DNA of 64,000 nt, from contig NC_043025.1 of assembly GCF_006345805.1 (NCBI RefSeq), positions 1,178,001-1,242,000 of the forward strand. Direction: 5' to 3'. The notes under the pieces are model-generated. The model was given only the letters and a program-made list of their open reading frames with translations. It did no database searches and was not told the DNA's origin. This stretch comes from Octopus sinensis (Eukaryota). This document shows, one piece after another, positions 55,124 to 64,000 of this stretch. The stretch's first letter is position 1. Each line of letters starts with the position of its first letter. The translations under genes and the position numbers were made by a program.

Positions 55124-55425
55124 CGTGCAAGTGGCTGAGCACTCCACAGACACGTGTACCCTTAACGTAGTTCTCGAGGAGATTCAGCGTGACACAGAGA
55201 GTGACAAGGCTGGCCCTTTGAAATACAGGTACAAGAGAAACAGGAAGAAAGAGCGAGAGAAAGTTGTGGTGAAAGAGTACAGCAGGGTTCACCACCATCC
55301 CCTGCCGGAGCCTCGTGGAGCTTTAGGTGTTTTCGCTCAATAAACACTCACAACGCCTGGTCTGGGAATCGAAACCGCGATCCAGCGACCGCGAGTCCGC
55401 TGCCCTAACCACTGGGCCATTGCGC
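55122..55425 (-). mobile_element. Family-D SINE (3'-cut by (TA)n), back-to-back with a plus-strand tRNA-headed SINE at about 55425-55755
   Basis: Matches 46200-46580; the second head is gcatggctcagtggtgagagc. Confidence 0.75.
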
Positions 55426-55780
55426 ATGGCTCAGTGGTGAGAGCGTCGAGCTTACGATCGTCAGGTTGTGAGCTCGTATTCCGGACCGAGCTGCATGTTG
55501 TGTTCTTGAGCAAGGCACTTTATTTCACGTTGCTCCAGTTCACTCAGCTGTAGAAATGAGTTGCGACGTCACAGGTGCCAAGCTGTATCGACCTTTGTCT
55601 TTCCCTTGGATAACACTGGTGGCGTGGAGAGGGGAGGCTGGTATGCATGGGCGACTGCTGGCCTTCCATAAACAACCTTGCCCGGACTTGTCTAGGAGGG
55701 TAACTTTCTAGGTGCAATCCCATGGTCATTCATGACCGAAGGGGGTCTTTACCCTTATATATATATATATATATATATAT

Positions 55781-56743
55781 CAACAATCAAGGAACGGCCA
55801 TAATAGGCCATTCACCCACTAGAAATAACAGCCAAAGCTTCAACCGCAAATAAAAATCAATTCCGTAAACAGGAGAAAATTTAAAAAACATTTACCCTGT
55901 AATTTCTTATACGATGCACCGTTTCATCTGCTGTTTAATGGTAAACTAACTTATCGGCAGCAAATAAATATAAGCCGTCGATTCCATTACGGAATTAACC
56001 AGAAAATTCATAATTAATCAATATAGGGTGGTAAAAAAATTTTGTAGAATTCTTTTTGCCACCAGCGGCCTAGTGGGAAAAAATTAAATAGTCATAGACC
56101 ATTTTTAAGTTCAACATCAACAATCAAGGAACGGCCATAATAGGCCATTCACCCACTAGAAATAACAGCCAAAGCTTCAACCGCAAATAAAGATTAATTC
56201 CGTAAACAAGAGAAAATTTAAAAAACATTTACCACCCTATATTGATTAATTATGAATTTTCTGGTTAATTCCGTAATGGAATCGACGGCTTATATTTATT
56301 TGCTGCCGATAAATTTGGCGCGAGTGCGACGATTTGAAAATTTTAGGTCAGATATCACCTTGGCAGGGTCGGAAATGCCTCGTGAAAATATCTGTTCCGA
56401 CTTGGCTATTTCTTGCTGAAGAATCTGAGGGCCTATGGAAGATTGGCTTGATTTAATTTAATCAGGTTAGTTTACCATTAAACAGCAGATGAAACGGTGC
56501 ATCGTACAAGAAATTACAGGGTAAATGTTTTTTAAATTTTCTCCTGTTTACGGAATTAATCTTTATTTGCGGTTGAAGCTTTGGCTGTTATTTCTAGTGG
56601 GTGAATGGCCTATTATGGCCGTTCCTTGATTGTTGATGTTGAACTTAAAAATGGTCTATGACTATTTAATTTTTTCCCACTAGGCCGCTGGTGGCAAAAA
56701 GAATTCTACAAAATTTTTTTACCACCCTATATTGATTAATTAT
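55781..56743. repeat. Complex inverted and tandem duplication flanked by (TA)n
   Basis: 55781-56227 is the reverse complement of parts of 56228-56743. The unit is 337 bp on the left and 490 bp on the right. Confidence 0.9.
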
Positions 56744-56903
56744 ATATATATATATAATATATATAATATATATATATATCTTTTATTTTTTATATTTTAC
56801 TTGTTTCAGCCAGTAAACTGGTGCAGTCATGAAAAACTCTTTTGTAGTCAAATGATATATATATACACACACATACTCAGATAGATAGACAAATAAACAT
56901 GTT

Positions 56904-56977
<74 letters not shown>

Positions 56978-57150
56978 AATGTAGCAGGAGAGAGAGACAC
57001 AGAGAGAGGGAGGGAGGGTGAAGAAAGAGTGAGAAAGAGAGACAGACAGACAGATGGAGAGACATTTATATATAATATGTTTGTGCATGTATGCATGTGT
57101 GTGTGCATGTGGCTGTGTGTGTGTGTATGTATGTGTGTGTGAGTGTGAGT

Positions 57151-57340
57151 GTATCTTTTATTAACTAAGTGATGCTTTGCAACTGTACAATTTTCTCAAA
57201 AATTTTCTGTACTTCTTCAAAATTTGACCTGAAAATATATTTGGATCTATCATCATATATTCAGTCTCGCCTTTGAAGAAATGTAATATTCTATTAAATC
57301 AATTGGACAGTAGTAAGGCACCACTTAGTTAAAAGAAATA
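57151..57340. mobile_element. MITE-like element with ~35-bp imperfect TIRs
   Basis: ttattaactaagtgatgctttgcaactgtacaatt and aattggacagtagtaaggcaccacttagttaaaag. Confidence 0.6.
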
Positions 57341-57401
57341 CCAACTCTGCTTCTCTAACATACTGAGTACCTTCTTATGTATGTATACGTATACAATATA
57401 T

Positions 57402-57524
<123 letters not shown>

Positions 57525-57708
57525 GTATATATGTATGTATGAATATATATATATATATGTATGAATATATAGTTATATACATATATATGTATTTATATGT
57601 ATTTATATATATATGTATATATATATATACACACATATATATATGTATAAATATTAATATACACACTCAATTGCCTGTCTTTCCTGACTAATGGATTCTT
57701 AGATGATT

Positions 57709-57740
<32 letters not shown>

Positions 57741-58004
57741 TGGCTATGTCCAGGTCAACTGTTTAAAATTTTACCCAATGATGGTGGATTGTATATTATG
57801 ATGTAATGTTTTTGACTACATTTAATAAAAGTCTACCAAAACGAAATTTTAAATGTCCTTCGTGTTTACTATTTTATGTGTGTGTGTGTGCGTATATAAT
57901 CATTAAAAAAACGGAGAAAGAAAGACAACAAGAAAAAAACAACAATGTGGGGATGTTGTACATGTAAAGTGTTAATACGACACTCAGAGAAGGAAAGAGT
58001 GGTT

Positions 58005-58039
58005 GTTTTACTTTTCGAGTAAAGCTCTTCTCCTGAAAC
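58005..58039 (-). ncRNA. Decayed minimal hammerhead-like motif (third copy)
   Basis: GTTT-CAGGAGA-A-GAGC-TTT-ACTC-GAAA-AG-TA-AAAC. Confidence 0.3.
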
Positions 58040-58184
58040 AGGAGACATAAGAAAATCCACAAGAAAAGGAAGGTGGAAAAAAGTCGCCAACAGTCCACAT
58101 ATATATATATATATATATAAGAATCCATTAAACAAGAAAGAGAGGCACATGTATTGTCAATAGAGTGGGTGTATTAAACTCTGT

Positions 58185-58310
58185 AGAGGGTGACCATAAA
58201 GTCTGGATGCAGAGATGAAAATGACAAACTTATACTCAATCTGGAGATGTAAAAAACAAGAATATTAGTGACGTTTCCTAAATATCAAAACTCTATGGTC
58301 ACACTGTAAA
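58185..58310. mobile_element. Short Tc1/mariner-type MITE
   Basis: TIRs agggtgaccataaagt and actctatggtcacactg, with TA flanks. Confidence 0.55.
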
Positions 58311-58809
58311 GTATAGTATTATAAACTCATTTGAGCTGATACTATAGAACCATGTCAGCCCTTGAAACAAAGGCTGAAATTTTTAAGGTTTACTTCTAAC
58401 CCTTGTTTGTGAAACCAATGGGTAAAATCAAATGATATAGATCTATTATATTGCAATGTATAAATATTGGTTTGAAATTTTGGCACAAGGTCAGCAATTT
58501 TTGGTAGGGTGTAAGTCAAGTACATTAACACCAGAGCTTGACTGGTACTCATTTCGTTGATCCCAAAAGGATAAAAAACAAAGCCAACCTCAGCAGAATT
58601 TGAACTCAAAACATAAATATGAATGAAATGCCACTAAACATTCTGCCAGCTTGCCACCTTATAAGTATTGTATTTATTTTATGAGCATAAATCCACAATT
58701 CTGTATGAGTAACATAGAGGTGTGGGTTCAAGTCCCACATGCACAGAAAACCCTACTTTTTTCTGCTGAGTGCTTATAAGCCCTAATATTAGACAATTTT
58801 CTTTAGTCA

Positions 58810-60195
58810 ATACACAGTGAGTGCTAATAAACTTTCAGCTTCTAAAAAACGACCCAATAGTGCAATTTTGGAGACTGCAGCAGTCCGACTTGCCAGGAAA
58901 GAACGCCGTAAGGCTGAACAGGATTACAAATTGCACAAATCAGAGATCAACAGGAAAAAGCGCAATAGGTCAGCCAACCACCTCAAGCAGGTGACAAAAA
59001 AGGCAGTGCTTGAATTTGAACAATGCATTGCAACCAGCCCTGACAGCAAAGTGTTCTGAAAGTATGTGCACTCAAAGCAGAGACCTCACTCTCCAGTTGG
59101 TCCCCTTCGCAATTCCCACACAGGACAGATTACTGGCAATCCCAAAGAATGTGCAGAAATCATTGCTGGATGCTATGCTGGCATCTTTACTGTCGAAGAC
59201 CAAAATGCTCCATCTTCATCACCACTAACATCGAACTCTATATCTACTATGCAATTTACACCAGCAATGCTACAACGCTACCTTAAGAATAAACGCAACT
59301 ATGCCTCTCCTGGTCTCGATGGTGTTACATACCTGCTTCTCAAATGCGGTGGGTACTTTCTTCTAAGCCAGCTTTCTCTATTCTTCCAATTCTGTCTTGA
59401 CAATGGTGTTAATCCAGAGCAGTGGAAAACTGCCAGTCTTATCCCTCTGTTCAAAAAAGGTGACTGCACATCGCCTGTCAACTGTCGCCCCGTTAGTCTT
59501 ACTAGCTGCATCGCCAAACTGATGGAATCCTGTATCAGGGAAACCCTCTGGAACTTCTGGAAGTCTCACAGCCTCATCCAGCCGTCACAATTTGGATTTA
59601 TTCCTAACTCCAGCTGCTGTAATAAACTCATCGAGTTTCTTGAGGACGTTACCCAAATCACTGATCGTGGATCCTGGGTGGATGTTGTTTACCTGGACTT
59701 TGCTAAGGCTTTTAACTCTATGCCACACAAAAGACTTATGGTAAAGCACTCTGCGTTGGGCATAAGAGACGAACTCTATAACTGGTTGAAGTCCTTTATT
59801 TTCGGCCGAAAAGAGGTTGTCACAGTTCTAGGACAGCACTCTTCACCCTATGAGATAACATCTGGTGTACCACAGGGATCTTTTCTTGGCCCCCCCTTTT
59901 ATTTGTTGCATATGTTAATGACATAGATGCCAACTTAAAGAATGCCACAGTGCTGAAATATACAGATGACATCAAGCTGTACCTCGAAATAAAGAGGTCA
60001 GATCCTGTACACTATAGATCTCTATTGCAAGCAGACCTGGAGACAATGCAGCAGTGGATCATGGGCTGGCAACTCAAGCTGGCTGTGGACAAATGTACCA
60101 CCATGTATTTTGGGAAGAGAAACCCAGCGTCCACCTATTCCCTCCACAACACTAATCTCAAACGTCTTCGTGTGAACGTGACCTCGGTGTTATTG
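58810..60195 (+). pseudogene. CR1-clade LINE RT fragment
   Basis: SPGLDG, PEQWKTASLIPLFKKGD, RPVSLTS, QFGF, VDVVYLDFAKAF, SGVPQGSFLGP and YTDDIK motifs. It has a stop and frameshifts and is ended by a SINE. Confidence 0.9.
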
Positions 60196-60300
60196 TCCTT
60201 GGGTAGAAGACACTTGCCCAAGGTGCCACGTAGTGGGACTAAACCTGGAACCATGTGGTTCGTAAGCAAGAACACACATTGGGTTTAAAATTTAAATAAG

Positions 60301-60497
60301 CTGTTTTGATAGAATTTTAATGATGCATTCAAAGATTGCATCATAAAATATCCACCATCTTCAGGTAAAATATTAAACAGGTATCAAACAGGTGAGATGC
60401 TTTGATCTTGATGAATCCAGCCAACACTTTTGAAGGTGGTAGTTTATATGTTATGATGAAAATCTCTGAATAGATCAATAAAATTCTACCAAAACTG
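60301..60497. mobile_element. MITE-like element with ~24-bp TIRs
   Basis: ctgttttgatagaattttaatgat and atcaataaaattctaccaaaactg. Confidence 0.5.
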
Positions 60498-61477
60498 GTG
60501 TAGTAAATTTTAAATAAAAGTTGTCTTCTCTTTATACCTACACCACACCTAGAACTAACCCCTGAGTCAGATCTACAGTTTAAATTGGATTTGATACATA
60601 CCTACAGTATCCTACCAACAGTTGATACCTTCATTGTTGTGCGACTTCACTGTGAACCCTATGTACCTCGCCATTTCTAGCATCCAACATGTTGATGTGC
60701 CTAAGTTTTATTGAAACATATAACTAATCTATCTATCTATCTGCATATATATAATATATATATATGTGTGTGTGTCTACGTGTGCGTATGTAGTGAATCT
60801 TGCATGCATGAAGTGGATTCGACCCACCACATCCAAATTTAAATTAGCACTGCTACAGAACTTTTACCACGATGGAACAATGGTTTTTTTCTCTGACAGC
60901 AGTTTTTGCATTTTCCAGATGCCTTTTAGCTAGGCCAAAATAATGTCTTCACCACTTGACCCTTTCTAACCTCTTCTACTTCACCAAAAGCTAGAATAGA
61001 TAACAAGACCACCAATTAAATCTATTGTTCTCAATGATATATCTATCCTTCTGGATCTTAGTATAAGCAAGCACATCCCAAGCAAAAATTAGTTAGTCAC
61101 CAGCCGGTGACGACTCAACAAGGTCTGGCTGACCAACCTTGGTCAGAGGGAAAAATGAAGTTTACTGTCAGACAACACCCAACACTTCACTCTAGCTCTA
61201 ATACTGTTCTATTACAACATCATTCTATCTCTCTCTGAAATTGCTACTAACAATTTGTGTACACCAAACCAAGCACAAAATATTCTCCCACATCTAGCTT
61301 TTCTTTCGCATGCTTTTGGATTTATCACAACTGCCCGTAACGTAACGGTAAATAAAACATTTCCTTAAAACATTATGCATTGTCTAGCCTTCACAACTTA
61401 ACATCCTACAGTTTACCGTTATAACAACAAATCTTTATCAATATTTCTACCGTTACAATTAAAATCGCCGCCATTAC

Positions 61478-61516
<39 letters not shown>

Positions 61517-61965
61517 ACATTATATAATTAGGGCTTAGTAAAATAAATTACTTTGCCACATACTGAACTTTCTAGAAATAGCAGCCAAAAAGTTTCTTAG
61601 CCATTTCCACTACTTTAAGAAAATTTCTCTCAGATAATGTTTACTCATAAATAACTCACGAAGGTATGGAGGTAAAAGCAGAAAAATATCACAAGTACAA
61701 AGATCATTTGAGAACGTTAACGTTTCTAGATTAGCCAAATAAACTCAGCATTTCAGAAACGTTAACGTTCTCAAATGATCTTTGTACTTGTGATATTTTT
61801 CTGCTTTTACCTCCATACCTTCGTGAGTTATTTATGAGTAAACATTATCTGAGAGAAATTTTCTTAAAGTAGTGGAAATGGCTAAGAAACTTTTTGGCTG
61901 CTATTTCTAGAAAGTTCAGTATGTGGCAAAGTAATTTATTTTACTAAGCCCTAATTATATAATGT
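61517..61965. repeat. Perfect inverted repeat, 211-bp arms with a 27-bp spacer
   Basis: Arms 61517-61727 and 61755-61965 are identical by eye. Confidence 0.97.
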
Positions 61966-63737
61966 AATATTTTGAATTCGCCTTAAATGGTCCTTTTACA
62001 TACTGAACACTACTTGGTGAAATTGATTAATAACTAATTAATTTTACCCTCAATTGTTGATATATATATATATATATATAATATATATATGTGTGTGTGT
62101 ATAAAAAATTAATAAATAAATAAAATATATGCATATATGCATACATATATATACGTACCTACCTCTACATGTATATATACATGCATATATGGGTACAGGA
62201 CACCAAAAAAACGTCGAACACAATGAGAAACGAAAACATAAACACAAAACCAAGGAAATGGACATGTTTTTAAAACAAAGAAAAAATAGAGTACAGGACA
62301 TACAAAACAAGGAAAATTCCCCTTCTTCAGTTGCCTTAATTTCATCTACTCCACCTTTCGAAGGTCAAGGCATATATATATATATATATATATATACATA
62401 TGTATATATGTATGTGTGTATATATATATATCAGCATCATCTTGTGTGTGTGTGTGTGTGTGTAGGCAGTTGATTGGTAGAGAGTAGTTAGAACATCAGA
62501 TAGAGTGCTTTGTATTAATAGTAATCCTTGTAGCTTTCTGCATTCTGCCTTTCATCCTTTGCTTCAAATATTTGTATTGGTGTGTATTGCAAGACGCAGC
62601 TAGGTTTCTTTTCCAAACATTTTACCTAATGTGTGAAAATCAAAATAGGAAGTTTGAATGAAGTATCTATAAAACAAGTTTTTAAACATCAAATGGTTGT
62701 GGGAGTCCACCAGAATAAAATAGTAATCAAAGGGGTCCATAGATAAAAAATGGTTGAGAACCCTTGATCTATAGAAACCACACCGAAGCTGACATTGGAG
62801 ATTAACACCGCCCTGTGATTCACCAGATCTTGTCAAGCCATCCATTCCATATCAACATGGAAAATTGACATTAGATAATTATAATAATGATGATGTCAAT
62901 GCCATCTGCACCACCTATGCTGCTGACGCCACCAATGTTAACAATATTGAACGGGCTGAAATGCTGTTGTAAATTCCATACCCTTTGTAAAAGTAGCTCG
63001 GATGTGATTGTGGGATGTAAGAAAATGACAGATTTTGATAAAAGTGCTCCAAGTATGAGATTCACTTGGTTGGAATTGATGTAAATTAACCAATCAAATA
63101 TATTGAAAATAGGAGCTCATTGGAGCCTATTTTGGAGACAGTGAATTTATATTAAGTCTAGTTTACTGCTCCTACATTTAGAGTTTGACAACCTCATCTG
63201 GCTGACAATTCCAGTATGTGGCAAAGTAATTTATTTTACTAAGCCCTAATTATATAATGTAATATTTTGAATTCGCCTTAAATGATTCTCTCTCATTCTC
63301 ACCTCTTCTTTCTCATATACACATTTTCTTACATTGTACATACTTTTTTTTCTCAGTTATAAAAACTATACAAGGACTTTTCATATATATTTTCCCCAGC
63401 TGAATTTTCAATGTTTTCTGCATCTCCTGAATACTGAACTCTGACCAGCTGAATATTATAGCTTAATGTTAATAACATCTATATAAAACAAAGTTTTGTT
63501 TTTCGCAAGCAAATTAATACAGTTCATGCACTTTTGGTTACTTTTCTGAGGAGTTGTAGTGCACCTGAGCACTGTATACAATAAGTTCATTATAATTTAG
63601 GTTTTTCTTTTTACCTTTATTTTTCAGCATGACTGTGTGGTTTAGGAGCCCACTTTGCAACCATGAGGTTTTGAGTTCGGACCCACTGTGCAGCACCTTG
63701 GGCAGATGTTTTCTGCTACAGCTAAGTTTTCTGCCTT

Positions 63738-64000
63738 TGCTATGGCTATGGCTCCCGCAACGAAGAGGGAACCAGGCTGCTGGAGTTCTACGATGCAAAT
63801 AATCTTATGATTTGCAACACTAACTTCAGGAAACCTACCAGCCACCTAGTCACTTACCGATCGGGCCAACATACCAGCCAAATTGACTACATCCTTGCAA
63901 GGCAAAGGGAGAGATGGCTTCTTATAAATGCCAAAACCTTCCCAGGCGAAGAATGTACCCCACAACATAGACTGGTAGTTAGTGACTTTAGGATCAGGAC
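63738..64000 (+). pseudogene. RTE-clade LINE AP-endonuclease fragment (runs off the window end)
   Basis: GYGSRNEEGTRLLEF..ANNLMICNTNF....HLVTYRSG...SQIDYIL...TPQHRLVVSDF. Confidence 0.85.

Noticed and set aside
59066-59926. 286-aa ORF as a host gene
   Set aside because: It is a CR1 reverse transcriptase fragment flanked by a stop and frameshifts.
62871-63150. Minus-strand exon candidate with an AGG|GTATGG donor
   Set aside because: All frames from the nearest good acceptor contain stop codons.

Overview
AT-rich eukaryotic DNA dominated by repeats, with one 100-N scaffold gap (14347-14446). The tRNA-headed SINEs, LINE families and dense (TA)n/(CA)n/(ATC)n microsatellites match what I recall of octopus (cephalopod) genomes; this assignment is from recall, not a search. 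I found no intact host protein-coding gene. All recognisable protein similarity is to dead transposon fragments: RTE (x3), Tx1/L1, R4/Dong, CR1, Penelope-like GIY-YIG and mariner. The >1300-aa ORFs at 39.9-44.1 kb are minisatellite artefacts. The most interesting structure is at four levels. (1) Repeated fold-back inversions start exactly at (TA)n tracts (51.6, 55.8 and 61.5 kb), one with a templated copy 1.3 kb away. (2) Three dispersed copies of one short element carry a 35-nt minimal hammerhead-ribozyme-like motif. (3) Retroelement-derived tandem arrays are common, including a 186-bp SINE-derived satellite with a 4-monomer higher-order repeat. (4) Old repeats switch from CpG-retaining to CpG-decayed near 27.7 kb, next to a minus-strand 3'UTR/polyA-like segment, which suggests the right half is the methylated body of an unrecognised minus-strand gene.
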